64,000 nucleotides of DNA from an uncultured Candidatus Binatia bacterium (GTDB taxonomy: Bacteria; Desulfobacterota; Binatia; UBA9968; CAXXLF01). The notes beneath the pieces are model-generated. The model was not told the origin of the DNA. It made no database searches and saw only the letters and a program-made list of their open reading frames with translations. Both the position numbers and the translations under genes were made by a program. Location: assembly GCA_965218425.1 (NCBI GenBank), contig OZ244621.1, positions 3,968,001-4,032,000 on the forward strand. The letters run 5' to 3'. Each line of letters begins with the position of its first letter. Positions within the stretch are counted from its first letter, which is position 1. Shown here piece by piece: positions 31,608-43,095 of this stretch.

Positions 31608-32786
31608 CTAGGAGGACCTCGTACCTGATTGCTTGGCGGCTGCCACTACCTTTTCGGCAGCCTCGTTCATGGTGTCCGCGGAAATAATGGCAAGACTCGA
31701 TTCGAAAATGATCTTTTTCCCCTGTTCGACGTTGGTTCCCTGAAGCCGCACCACCAAAGGCACCTTCACCCCAATTTTTGATGCCGCATCCACGATCCCC
31801 TCGGCGATGATATCGCACTTCATGATGCCGCCGAAAATATTCACCAGCACTCCCTGTACCCTTTCGTCGGCGAGGATGATACGGAAGGCCTGAGCGACCC
31901 TTTCCCGGTCGGCTCCTCCTCCCACGTCCAGGAAGTTGGCCGGCTCACCACCATAGAGCTTGATAATGTCCATGGTGGCCATGGCCAATCCCGCCCCGTT
32001 AACCATGCAACCGATATTGCCGTTCAAGGCGATGTAGGAAAGGCTGTATTTCGATGCCTCGAGCTCCTTCGGATCCTCTTCACTGGGATCCCTCAAGGCC
32101 GCAATTTGGGGTTGACGCGGCAGCGCGTTGTCGTCAAAGTTCATTTTCGCATCCAGGGCAAGCATGCCCCCGTCTCCCGTGAGTACCAAAGGGTTGATCT
32201 CCAGAAGTGTGCAATCACAATCCATATAGGCTTTCACCAGACCCTGCAGCAGTGGCAGCAAGTGCTTAACCTTGTCCTGCGGTAGCCCAAGCCGATAGGC
32301 CACCCGCCTCACTTGAAACGGCAACAGACCCACGGCAGGATCGATGGATTCCCGAATGATCTTTTTCGGGCTTCTCTTGGCCACTTCCTCAATTTCCACC
32401 CCGCCCTCCGCGCACGCCACCACAGACGGTCGCGACAGAGCTGTGTCCAGGGCCACACCAACGTAGAGTTCTGACTTGATATCGCATCCCTGCTCCACGA
32501 GGACACGTTTCACTTCTTTACCCTGGGGTCCCGTTTGATGGGTCACCAGATTCATTCCGATCATCTTCCCGGCCAGTTCTCTCGCCTCTTCGGCGCTCTT
32601 CGCCAGTTTAACGCCTCCACCCTTGCCTCTGCCGCCGGCATGGATTTGCGCCTTGATCACACAGGGGAATCCCATCTCTTTGGCCGCGCCGCAGGCCTCC
32701 TCAGGCGTCGATGCCACACGACCACGAGGGACCGGCACACCGAATTTCCCGAGGATCTCCTTTGCCTGATATTCGTGAATGTTCAT
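31608..32786 (-). CDS. sucC: Succinyl-CoA synthetase beta subunit
   Basis: [31 protein letters not shown]. Confidence 0.98.
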   Translation of the reverse strand: MNIHEYQAKEILGKFGVPVPRGRVASTPEEACGAAKEMGFPCVIKAQIHAGGRGKGGGVKLAKSAEEARELAGKMIGMNLVTHQTGPQGKEVKRVLVEQGCDIKSELYVGVALDTALSRPSVVACAEGGVEIEEVAKRSPKKIIRESIDPAVGLLPFQVRRVAYRLGLPQDKVKHLLPLLQGLVKAYMDCDCTLLEINPLVLTGDGGMLALDAKMNFDDNALPRQPQIAALRDPSEEDPKELEASKYSLSYIALNGNIGCMVNGAGLAMATMDIIKLYGGEPANFLDVGGGADRERVAQAFRIILADERVQGVLVNIFGGIMKCDIIAEGIVDAASKIGVKVPLVVRLQGTNVEQGKKIIFESSLAIISADTMNEAAEKVVAAAKQSGTRSS

Positions 32787-32863
32787 GAAAGGATTATGGA
32801 ACAGTAATTAGCAGCAAACAGCTAAGAAAGGAGGAGGCAGAGCACGATCCACACGAATCCATT

Positions 32864-33823
<960 letters not shown>

Positions 33824-35089
33824 CTACATATTTTGGACAATGGCCGAACCAAACTCCGAACACTTCAAGAGCTTCGAGCCCGGCATCAATCTCTCGAAAT
33901 CATAGGTCACGGTCTTCTGACCGATGGTGCGCTCGAGTCCGGAGATAACCAGGTCGGCCGCCTCATTCCATCCCATATGGCGCAGCATCATTTCTCCCGA
34001 GAGGATCACCGAACCCGGGTTCACCTTATCCTGACCCGTGTATTTGGGTGCGGTTCCATGGGTGGCTTCAAACAGGGCGTGACCGGTATCGTAGTTGATA
34101 TTACCGCCGGGAGCGATTCCGATCCCTCCCACCTGAGCAGCGAGGGCATCGGAGATCAAGTCCCCCGTGAGATTCATTGTGGCGATGACATCAAACTCGT
34201 CGGGCCGTGTGAGAATCTGCTGTAAAAAGGCATCGGTGATGGCGTCCTTGAGAAGAATCTGACCCGCCTTGGGTTTTCCGCCACAATCCTCCCAGGAAAC
34301 CACCTTGTCGCCAAACTCCCGCTTCGCCAGGGCGTAACCCCACCGCATAAAGGCGCCCTCGGTGAATTTCTGAATGTTTCCTTTATGAACCAGCGTGATA
34401 TTGCGCCTTTTCTGGTCAATAGCGTAACGAATGGCGGCACGGATCAGACGTTCCGACCCCTCAACGGAAACCGGCTTGATCCCTATACTCGATGTCTGAG
34501 GAAACCGGATGCTTTTGACCCCCATCTCTTTTTGCAAGAAAGATACGACCTTTTCCGCCTCCGGCTTTCCCGTTTCCCATTCGATGCCGGCATAGATATC
34601 TTCCGTGTTCTCCCGAAAGATAACCATGTCCACCAGCTCCGGCTTTTTGACGGGAGAGGGGACTCCTTTGAAATAGCGAACGGGGCGCAAGCACACGTAA
34701 AGGTCGAGCACCTGGCGCAAGGTCACGTTGAGACTTCTAAAGCCTTCACCCACCGGGGTGGTCAGGGGTCCTTTAATTCCCACCAGGTATTCTCTGATGG
34801 CATCTACGGTTTCCTGGGGAAGCAAATTGGGAGGGCAATCGGAGCCGTAAACCGCCTGAGCCTTTTCCCCCGCGTAAACTTCCATCCATGCGATTTTTCT
34901 CTTCCCGTCGTAGGCCTTCTCCACGGCACCGTCGAGAACCCGCACGGAAGCGTTCCAAATATCAGGACCCGTTCCATCACCCTCAATAAAGGGGATAATG
35001 GGCCGGTCAGGCACCTGTAAACCCTTGCTTGCGGACAGAGTTACTTTGGATCCATCAGAGGGAACCTTGATGTGTTGGTATGCGGCCAT
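33824..35089 (-). CDS. icd: NADP-dependent isocitrate dehydrogenase
   Basis: [33 protein letters not shown]. Confidence 0.98.
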   Translation of the reverse strand: MAAYQHIKVPSDGSKVTLSASKGLQVPDRPIIPFIEGDGTGPDIWNASVRVLDGAVEKAYDGKRKIAWMEVYAGEKAQAVYGSDCPPNLLPQETVDAIREYLVGIKGPLTTPVGEGFRSLNVTLRQVLDLYVCLRPVRYFKGVPSPVKKPELVDMVIFRENTEDIYAGIEWETGKPEAEKVVSFLQKEMGVKSIRFPQTSSIGIKPVSVEGSERLIRAAIRYAIDQKRRNITLVHKGNIQKFTEGAFMRWGYALAKREFGDKVVSWEDCGGKPKAGQILLKDAITDAFLQQILTRPDEFDVIATMNLTGDLISDALAAQVGGIGIAPGGNINYDTGHALFEATHGTAPKYTGQDKVNPGSVILSGEMMLRHMGWNEAADLVISGLERTIGQKTVTYDFERLMPGSKLLKCSEFGSAIVQNM

Positions 35090-35114
35090 AATATTTCCTT
35101 TTTATAATTAATAA

Positions 35115-35159
35115 ATAGCCTAAGAGCACCCTGAGATTTGAAAGGGACTCTTAGGCTAT
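35115..35159. promoter_or_regulatory. Hairpin/inverted repeat just upstream of icd
   Basis: ATAGCCTAAGAG...CTCTTAGGCTAT, 12-bp perfect arms plus an inner CCCT/AGGG. Confidence 0.5.
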
Positions 35160-35506
35160 CTGACGGAAGAATAATGAAAACAGAGAGTTTTTTTAACTAA
35201 TCCATGATAAAGAGTCAACCCCAATTCGGCTCTACATGACTAAGTGTGGTGGGAATGTCTCTTTGACCGTCTCCGACTACTAAAAATAGCGATCGCACAT
35301 TCTCCATCCCCGTTACTTTGGGCTTCGAAGACTTCCTTCGCTCCACGGGACTCCCCGAGCGACCCACCGGGGCGGCGCTCGCACGAACCTTCCGGATCTC
35401 AGATTGGCCGTGGGAGGACCCCGGCTTTCACGTGGCGCCGACCTCGGCGGGTATCCCGCTGCTCCGTCCATGTTCCACTTAGCAAAACCCCTCAGCCCAT
35501 ATCTGA

Positions 35507-35665
35507 TGCAAAGGGAGCTGGCGTGCCCGAGCGAAAGTGCGGTTCTGAGGCGTTGGAAGCCTCTGCGAAGCTGAAGATAAGCAGCATCGACTGTCTGAGC
35601 GTGGCGAGTTTCGAGGCTGCCCGCCGAGAAACCACTGAAGCGAAGGGATGCTGGCTCCAGTTGCA
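35507..35665 (+). other. Structured non-coding element (candidate ncRNA or REP/MITE-like hairpin)
   Basis: Long closing stem GGAGCTGGCGT(G)CCC / GGGATGCTGGCTCC with G-T wobbles; inner stems AGTG..GTTCT/AGAAACCACT, GAGGC/GCCTC and GCAGCATCGA/TCGAGGCTGC. Confidence 0.55.
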
Positions 35666-35818
35666 ATTTGATCCACTGGAAAACTAGTCAAGGAACGCTA
35701 AGCAACCAACCTCGACAAAATGAATCCTTGAATCCTTACCATCCACAGATTATATTCGAAAAAATTTTGTCTGCGTGATGAAAAAACCTTTCCATTAAGG
35801 TCCGTTAAGGAGACTATT

Positions 35819-36526
35819 TTGGGTGTGGTGGTTCGCCGGCTTTCCAAGGCCTACGGTTATTTATGGGCCCTAAATGAGGTAACCCTTGAACTCAGAGACG
35901 GAGACTGCGTAGCCCTGCTTGGCCCCAACGGTGCTGGCAAAACCACCTTGCTAAAGCTCCTTTCGGCCCTCCTCCATCCAACCACTGGTGGAATCGAGGT
36001 CGATGGCCAACGGCTGGGGCGCGGAAACTCCCACCTCCGGTCGGCCATTGGCTTGCTTTCCCCCGATGGGCAAGTCTACGATGATTTGACTGCAAAGGAG
36101 AACCTCCATTTCTTTGTCTCCCTGTGCGGGAAAAAAATACCATCCCGGGAATTGGATCAGGTGTTGGACCGGGTGGGGCTGGGAAACTGCTCGGACACCT
36201 ACGCCTCCTCCCTCTCCCATGGCATGAAATGCCGTCTTGCCATCGCCAAATGGTCCCTTTTACAGCCCAAGATCCTCTTGCTGGATGAGCCCTATGGAGT
36301 CCTGGACGGCACGGGAATCAACCTGCTCGAAGGCTATCTAAAGAGCCTCTGCGAAAAGGGAGGCATCGTGGTTATGGCGACCCACAACGTTCACCGCATA
36401 CTCGCCTACTGTACCCGGGCCCTTATCCTACAGAGCGGCAAGATCATCTTTGACGAGCCGCGGCAAGAACCGTGGGAGAGCTTCCATCGTGCCTTTGCAG
36501 CTTTCTTACCGCGAGACGATCATTGA
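35819..36526 (+). CDS. ccmA: Heme exporter ATP-binding protein CcmA
   Basis: GPNGAGKTT, LSHGM, LLLDEP; first gene of the ccm operon. Confidence 0.9.
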   Translation: MGVVVRRLSKAYGYLWALNEVTLELRDGDCVALLGPNGAGKTTLLKLLSALLHPTTGGIEVDGQRLGRGNSHLRSAIGLLSPDGQVYDDLTAKENLHFFVSLCGKKIPSRELDQVLDRVGLGNCSDTYASSLSHGMKCRLAIAKWSLLQPKILLLDEPYGVLDGTGINLLEGYLKSLCEKGGIVVMATHNVHRILAYCTRALILQSGKIIFDEPRQEPWESFHRAFAAFLPRDDH

Positions 36527-37200
36527 AGACTTTGCAGCAAATCTACTGCTTGGTTTGGAAGGACATCCTGCTGGAGATCCGGCGTCGAGAGAACCTCCTC
36601 TCCATGTTTTTTTTCGGTACCGTCCTTCTGTTCATCTTTCATTTTTCGTTCGAGATTCCGCCCGAGCGAACCATGGAAATGGCTCCCGGCCTTTTGTGGC
36701 TCGCCTTCGTCTTCACGGGAACCCTGGCGCTGACCCAACTCTTTCACGTAGAAAGAGAAAACCAGTGTCTGGAGGCCCTGCTCCTTTGCCCCATGGACCG
36801 CGGGGCCTTTTACCTGTCCAAGGTCCTTTTCAATCTTTTTTTGATGGTGTTGGTGGAACTGGTAGTCTTTCCTCTTTTCGCAATCCTGTTTAATATTGAC
36901 CTCTGGAGGCAACTGCCATCGCTGTTATTCATCGTCTTTCTTGGAACCATCGGATTTTGCGCACTGGGGGCCCTGTTCTCGGGCCTCACTCTGAGGGCCC
37001 GTGCAAAGGAACTTTTACTGCCCCTCATCCTGTTTCCTCTTATAATTCCTGCTATCCTTGGAACCATTCGGGGAATGCAGATTATCCTTGGCGCAACAGA
37101 CATGCAGGAGCTTTTGCCCTGGGTGCACATGTTAGTCGCCTTCGATGTGATATTCTTAACGGTAGGGTTTCTCATCTTCGAATGGGTCATTGAAACCTAA
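36523..37200 (+). CDS. ccmB: Heme exporter protein CcmB
   Basis: TTG start at 36523; WKDILLEIR, PGLLWLAF, ELLLPLILFP. Confidence 0.93.
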   Translation: MKTLQQIYCLVWKDILLEIRRRENLLSMFFFGTVLLFIFHFSFEIPPERTMEMAPGLLWLAFVFTGTLALTQLFHVERENQCLEALLLCPMDRGAFYLSKVLFNLFLMVLVELVVFPLFAILFNIDLWRQLPSLLFIVFLGTIGFCALGALFSGLTLRARAKELLLPLILFPLIIPAILGTIRGMQIILGATDMQELLPWVHMLVAFDVIFLTVGFLIFEWVIET

Positions 37201-37202
37201 CG

Positions 37203-37910
37203 ATGGCAACTGAGACAAAAAAAACGGGCACAGGGAGAAAAATCCTCGGGGGGCTGGCCTTACTGTTTGTCCTTCTGGGTCTTTACTTCGGACTGATCAA
37301 GGCTCCGCCGGATGCCAACCAGGGGGAGGTGCAACGGATCATGTACCTGCACATTCCAAGCATCCTGACCGCCTACCTGGCCTTCTTTCTCGTATTTGTG
37401 GGTAGCTGCCTCTACCTCTGGAAGGGGGAACGACGCGACGACATCCTGGCCCATTCGGCGGCGGAGTTGGGGGTTCTCTTTACTGCGCTGACGATTGTTG
37501 AGGGTGCCATATGGGGGAAACCCACATGGGGGGTTTGGTGGACCTGGGACGCCCGTCTCACCTTGACGGCGCTCCTGCTCCTGATTTTCGTAGGCTACCT
37601 GATGCTGCGCTCCCTCATTGAAGACCAACACCGAAGTGCGACCTGTGGCGCCGTACTGGGTATCATCGGTTTTCTCGACATACCGTTGATTCACATGTCG
37701 GTCTACTGGTGGCGGACCTTGCATCAGCCTCCATCGATACTGCGACCGGATAAAGCGCCATGGGACAACATCCATCCCGATATGCTCTGGGCTCTGGGCA
37801 TTAACTTCATCGCCTTCTTTTTTCTCTTGTTTTACCTCCTTTCGGTGCGGTTGCGGGTGGGAGAAGCGGAAGAAGAATTGAAAAAACTAAAACTCTACGG
37901 AACCACCTGA
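37203..37910 (+). CDS. ccmC: Heme exporter protein CcmC
   Basis: RIMYLHIP, WGKPTWGVWWTWDARLT (WWD domain), WWRTLHQ. Confidence 0.97.
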   Translation: MATETKKTGTGRKILGGLALLFVLLGLYFGLIKAPPDANQGEVQRIMYLHIPSILTAYLAFFLVFVGSCLYLWKGERRDDILAHSAAELGVLFTALTIVEGAIWGKPTWGVWWTWDARLTLTALLLLIFVGYLMLRSLIEDQHRSATCGAVLGIIGFLDIPLIHMSVYWWRTLHQPPSILRPDKAPWDNIHPDMLWALGINFIAFFFLLFYLLSVRLRVGEAEEELKKLKLYGTT

Positions 37911-38059
37911 TGGGACACTGGGGATTCGTATTCTTAGCATACGGAATTGTCTGGTCGGCCATCCTCTTGTACCTTGTCCTGCTCAAACGTAGACTGCAGA
38001 AGGCAGAGGCCGCGCGAGACCTTTACGAAAGCTCAATCAATCTGAAAAACTCTGAGTGA
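37910..38059 (+). CDS. ccmD: Heme exporter protein CcmD
   Basis: Not in the ORF track. 49 aa MGHWGFVFLAYGIVWSAILLYLVLLKRRLQKAE..., TGATG-coupled to ccmC; one TM helix plus a charged tail. Confidence 0.85.
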   Translation: MGHWGFVFLAYGIVWSAILLYLVLLKRRLQKAEAARDLYESSINLKNSE

Positions 38060-38107
38060 AACCTCTCTTGCGTTGTCTGAACAATCCCTATATAGCCCCT
38101 CGGCTCG

Positions 38108-39015
38108 TTATTTCTTTTTCTTTTCGGATAACGCAGAGGTCACGAGCCTTCGGATTGGCCTCCTATCTAGCCAATCCTGCCGCGTGTCCATGTCAAGATA
38201 AGCAACACCTTTTTTCCGCTGGTTGGCCAACGGGACATCTTTTTGGGAAATGTCAATGCGAAGTGAATCAGGGGCATCTCCGCCGCGGGCTCTAGCCGCT
38301 TCCCGCTGCAAGTTTAACTGCCCCTCGCGCGATAACCACCCGTTAATAAAAACTCTGGCAGCGTTGGGATGGGGCGCTCCATTCATGAGCCCTATAGTGC
38401 CGGCCTGAACGACCAGCCCAACACCTTCCTTCAACGGCCGGGTAAGCTTATCCACTGGTAGACCCTGTACTTTGGCCTGGGTCACATAACCTGAATGGCA
38501 AAAGAAACAAATGGAAAACCGACCTGTGGTCAGCCAGTCGATACTCTGCCGAAGATCTCTAAAGAGAGTAATATCCATCTCGCTAAACAGCCGCTTTAAG
38601 TACTTAGGCCCAATCTTGGGATTATAATAAAAGAAACGTGAAGCATCTCCTCCCGGACCCGGGATTCTTATATCACGGACCAGAATCTTTCCTTTCCATT
38701 TTGGATCCAGAAGATCATTAAAGGAGTTAATCTCCTTCAGATTAACCAGCTTGGTATTATAAGAAATCGCCCCATACTGGGGGGAATTCGTGTACTTCAT
38801 CACATACTGGTACTCTCGGTCCACGAAATGATGTTTATCCTTCCACCACTTGGATGTATCCACTACTTCCGGAAGAATCAGGGTAGGTTTGAGAGGATCC
38901 AACATCCTCCGCTTATGGAACACTAAAAGATTGGGGTTGAGTCCCCCGCTGCTAACATCGGCGATGTACTTTTCGGCCCTCCTTTCGGCCAGGATCTTTT
39001 GAGAAATCCCGGTGG
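38108..39015 (-). pseudogene. 5'-truncated solute-binding protein (same family as the 1-10 kb cluster)
   Basis: Frame open from ~39015 (ATGISQKILAERRAEKYIADV) to the stop at 38108; signal peptide and N-terminus absent. Confidence 0.8.
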
Positions 39016-40025
39016 CTCAGCCAGCGACCTCTGTTGCAATGCAAAAGGCTCGTAAGCAAGGAGAATCCGCGGCCTACAAATTAGAGAGTCGCGACGGCCT
39101 CGCACGTTACAAAAGAATCGCCGCGATGCGCATTATGTCCGATACGTTTGTTTTCTCCAAGCATCCAGACGGAAGCGCAAAGAAAATAAAAATCCCCGGT
39201 GCGCCAGGAAACCGTTATGTGGGATTGATTCTCCTATTTAATACCGATTCGGGTGAACTAGTCGCTATGTTACCGGATGCGGAGATCCAACGGCGTCGCG
39301 TCGCCGGCACGGGAGCACTTGCTTCCAAGTATGTCGGTCGTCCGGATGCTCGAATCCTTACCATCATCGGTTCAAGCTGGCAGGCCGAGATGGCAGCCAT
39401 TGGTCATTGTCTGATCCGCGATTTTTCCCAGATACGGGTTTTTAGTCCGAATCGGGACCACCGTGAAGATTTCTGTAAACGCATGGCAGACCAGGTGCCC
39501 TGCCCCATCGTACCGGCGAATAGCGCCGCAGAGGCGATGAAAGGAAATGATTTGGTGGTTGGGGTAACCAACGGACCAGGCGCGAGTATCCCAGGAGATT
39601 GCTTGGAACCCGGTATGCACGTAAATCTTGTGCGCTACTTCGAACTTGATGAAACCGGCTGGAAACGCTGCGATGTTATTATCGAAGGGGACCGGCCAGA
39701 AAACGGCGATCCCAGTTTCTGGACCAAGCAGGTGTTTGGCTACAGATGGGTTATGGGTGGTCGGGCTGAGGCAGCCGGCACTGACTTTACGATCAGCGGC
39801 AGTGAACTCTATGAGACCCGAGCGCGCCATGTGCCGTTGCCCGATGCGGTTACGGGGCAGCAGCCAGGCAGACAAAGTGACAAGGAAATTAGCTGTTTCT
39901 ACATCAGTGTCCCTTCTGGTGCACAATTGGCCTATATTGGCGCGTTCATTCTCGAAGAGGCAAAGCGTAAAGGCATGGGTAGGGATCTTCCCAGTGAATG
40001 GTTTTCCGAAATCGAGAAGGATTAG
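39012..40025 (+). pseudogene. Ornithine cyclodeaminase/mu-crystallin family protein, probably 5'-truncated
   Basis: LLFNTDSGELVAML...RVAGTGALASKY, IIGSSWQA, VFSPN. The usual N-terminal segment is missing and the ORF abuts the truncated SBP head-to-head. Confidence 0.7.
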
Positions 40026-41131
40026 CACCATGGCAAATATTACCTTTATTCCCTTATTCCACTTTGTCGAGTTCGCCGTCGCCTGCGCGGAGACAGATCC
40101 AATTGGAGACTAGATCTCGTGGTGGAAATTGATTTCAGAAAAAGCATCATCGATAGAGGGATGGATACGCGGAAAGAAAACGCCATCTCGTTTGCGGAAG
40201 AGATTGAGAGACTAAATTTTGGCGGCATCTGGCACGGTCACTAGGTTGTCAGGGATCTTCCCGGTCTCGATACGCTGGATGTCCTTAGCGCCGTTGCAGC
40301 CCGGACCCGCCGTATCATGATCGGGCCAGCCGTGCTGCAAGTCCCCCTCTATCATCCACTGGACCTGGCACGGCGAGTCGTCACGCTCGACCACCTCTCT
40401 CAAGGCCGACTCCTCTTTGGCGTGGGAACCGGCGGCCTAAAACGTGAATACGATAATCTGGGCATACCCTTCAAACAGAGACCGGGGCGACTGGAGGAGA
40501 TGCTCGACATTCTCAAGAAACTTTGGACGGAAGAGGGAGACCTCAACTACGACGGCCGTTATTACAAACTCCAAAGTGTGGTCTGCTTACCCAAGCCCGT
40601 CCAGAGACCATACCCGAAAATACTGGGTGGCGGTGTTTGGCATGGAGGGGTTCTCGGCCGCTCTGAGATCGGCTCTGAGCAAGAGTGGAGTGAGCGAGCC
40701 ATCCACAGAATCGCCAAGCACTGCGACGGATGGATTACGGTATCTACAATTCCCACGGCAAGAGCGGTGGCGATAGTCAAGGAGGGTGTGGACCGAATCA
40801 AGGCGCGGGCCAAGGAGATGGGGCGAACCATTAAAGACGACGAGTTTGTTCTGGTGGCGGTGACAGGATTCATCAACATTGCAGATAATAAGTCCAAGGC
40901 CGAGGCTGAGAACTTTTATGGAGCCCGTGTAGCTCGGGGTTTCCATCAATCCAGGGGAAATCCATCCCTTGAAACGCACCTTGCTACGGGGGTGTTCGGA
41001 CCTGCGGAAGAGGTAGCGGACTTTGTCCGTCAATGGATTGAGGTCAAACGGCAGACACCTTCTCTCAAGCGAATTGTATTGAATCTCGCATCGTTTAGCC
41101 TCTTGGAACAAGTTCGCCGCTTTCATGACCA

Positions 41132-42399
41132 TGACCTGCCCCCAGGAGTGGTACCACCCTTTAAGTTAGAGCCGGAATTATCTGGAGTCCAGCCCATGGG
41201 GATGAATTCCCAGCCTGCGCTCTGGGCAGAAAGGCCTCCGGTGCCGGAGAACGATAGCCCAGGGCGCTGTGAGGCCGCCGCTGGTTATACTCTCTTCTCC
41301 ATCTTTCGATCAGCACCTGAGCTTCCCTCAGGGTTTCAAACACCTCCCGGTTGAGCAGCTCATCCCTGAGTTTTCCGTTAAAACTCTCCACGTAGCCATT
41401 CTCCCAAGGACTGCCAGGCTCGATGTAGAGTGTCCTGACACCAATGGCCTTGAGCCAGTCCCGGATAGCCTGAGCCGTAAACTCGGGGCCATTGTCGGAC
41501 CGAAGGGACTGCGGCACGCCCCGTTCCACGAATAGCTCCGCTAACCGTTCCAGCACATCCCGGTGATTCATCCGTCTGGCCACATCAATCGCCAAGCACT
41601 CCCGGGTGTATTCATCCAGGATGCTCAACAGCCGAAAGGCCCGACCGTCTTCGGTTCGCTCGTGCACGAAGTCATAACTCCACACATGGTTTCGATGCGC
41701 CGGTCTCAGGCGAATGCAGGAGCCATCAGTCAACCGGAGCCTCCCTCGCTTAGGCTGACGGCTGAGGACTTTCAGCCCTTCCTGCCTCCAGAGCCTCTCC
41801 ACTCGCTTGTGGTTGACCTTCCACCCCTCCCCACGCAGCATGGCCGTAATCCTCCGGTAGCCGTATCGCCCGTATTCGCTGGCCAGCTCCATCATCCGAG
41901 CCACTAGTCTTGCTTCCTCTTCCGGGATCTCTCGGACTCTTCGTTGCGTCGATCGCGGCTGTCCCAACACTTGGCAAGCCCGGCGTTCGGAGACTCGATC
42001 AGGTCCCAATCTTTCTCTGGCCCATATCACCGCTCGTCTCCTCTTCGCCGGGCCTAGAAGTTTCCCGAGGACACTTCCTTCAGGATCTGGTTGTCCAGCG
42101 ATAGATCCGCCACCAGCTTCTTCAACCGCGCATTCTCCTTGTCCAAGGCCTTGAGCCTCTTGGCCTGATCCATCTTCAGGCCTCCATATTCCTTCCTCCA
42201 CCGGTAGTAGGTCTGCACGGTTACCCCCACCTGCTTGCACACCTGGCCCACCGCCTTCCCTTGGGCCAAGCTCACCTCCGCCTCACGCAGCTTGAGGATA
42301 ATCTGCTCGGCCGTAAATCGCTTTCTTGCCATCCTTGCCTCCTTCCTAAAATCAAAATCCCTAACATTTCACCTGGACTCGTTTTAGGGGGCAAGGTCA
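41132..42399 (-). mobile_element. IS3-family insertion sequence (1268 bp)
   Basis: IRs TGACCTGCCCCCAGG and TGACCTTGCCCCCTA; 4-bp duplication ACCA (41128-31, 42400-03). Confidence 0.95.
41161..42332 (-). CDS. IS3 transposase OrfAB (probable -1 frameshift at GGGAAAC)
   Basis: OrfA 42054-42332 ([10 protein letters not shown]); OrfB with [26 protein letters not shown]. Confidence 0.93.
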
Positions 42400-42657
42400 A
42401 CCAAGTCTATCCCTTGATAGAAAAAGAACTCAGGGACGCCTGAGCAGTACCACGGAGTATGCCCTCGGGTCACTTTTCTACTAAAAAAATCCTACCCGCG
42501 GCCGGCTTCCCTCACATTTGTAAAAGCCGGGCAAACATTATTAAATTTATGCCAGTACCCTTGGCCCAGAAAATCGGCGGCTGTCGAGCACAGGTCAATC
42601 CCTCGGACTGTTGCTCGTTTTCGCCATACTTTTCTGTTACATTGATTGAGTTGGAAA

Positions 42658-43095
42658 ATGAATAGAAGCAGAAGATTTATCATTGGCGCCGTGATTATCG
42701 TGGCTGCCCTCTCCTACCTTATATATGGAGGCATGCGGCAGGCCCTGGTCTATTTCTCCACCCCTTCCGAATTGAAGAAGCGGGAGAGCAATGTCGAAAA
42801 CAAATTCCTGCGAGTGGGTGGGATGGTCCTAACCGGGTCGCTTAAGAAAAACGTTCAAGCACTCACCTATCGCTTCCAACTCACGGACGGCGCAGCATCC
42901 ATCCCAGTCTACTATAAAGGGGTTCCTCCCGACCTGTTCAGGGAAGGAACAGGAGCCGTGGTGGAGGGACGCTTTGGGAAGGACGGGGTCTTCCGCGCCA
43001 CCACCATCATGGCCAAACATGCAGAGGAGTATATGCCTCCCAAAGAGGGGCATTCCAAGTCTCGGAGCTTCGTTCCAGGCCAGGGGAAGCAGTGA
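42658..43095 (+). CDS. ccmE: Cytochrome c maturation heme chaperone CcmE
   Basis: LRVGGMV, PDLFREG, AKHAEEY (HxxxY). Confidence 0.95.
   Translation: MNRSRRFIIGAVIIVAALSYLIYGGMRQALVYFSTPSELKKRESNVENKFLRVGGMVLTGSLKKNVQALTYRFQLTDGAASIPVYYKGVPPDLFREGTGAVVEGRFGKDGVFRATTIMAKHAEEYMPPKEGHSKSRSFVPGQGKQ

Larger units (their letters stand above)
40030..42443 (+). pseudogene. LLM-class (luciferase-like) flavin oxidoreductase with frameshift, in-frame TAG (40242) and IS3 insertion
   Basis: AEEIERLNFGGIWHGH*VVRD..LSAVAARTRRIMIGPAV..TLDHLSQGRLLFGVG..PKPVQRP. Removing the IS restores RFHDQVYPLIEKELRDA*. Confidence 0.85.

Noticed and set aside
35244..35691. ORFs of 147, 117 and 70 aa in the icd-ccmA gap
   Set aside because: No recognisable domain or RBS, Arg/Pro/Ser-rich composition; they overlie GC-rich palindromes.
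35300..35700. tmRNA, RNase P RNA, SRP RNA or tRNA
   Set aside because: No tRNA-like ends or T-arm, no GAGGAAAGTCC and no SRP loop motif found on either strand by eye.
35819..37200. CcmA/CcmB as the missing transporter for the orphan SBPs
   Set aside because: They are cytochrome c maturation components by motif and operon context, not importer subunits.
40242..40244. In-frame TAG in the LLM gene as pyrrolysine or readthrough
   Set aside because: The same gene also has a 5' frameshift and an IS insertion, and no pyl genes are in the window; simple decay explains it.
40317..41354. LLM protein with a novel Pro-rich C-terminal tail
   Set aside because: The tail is read-through into the IS3 end at 41132; the real C-terminus lies at 42404-42443.
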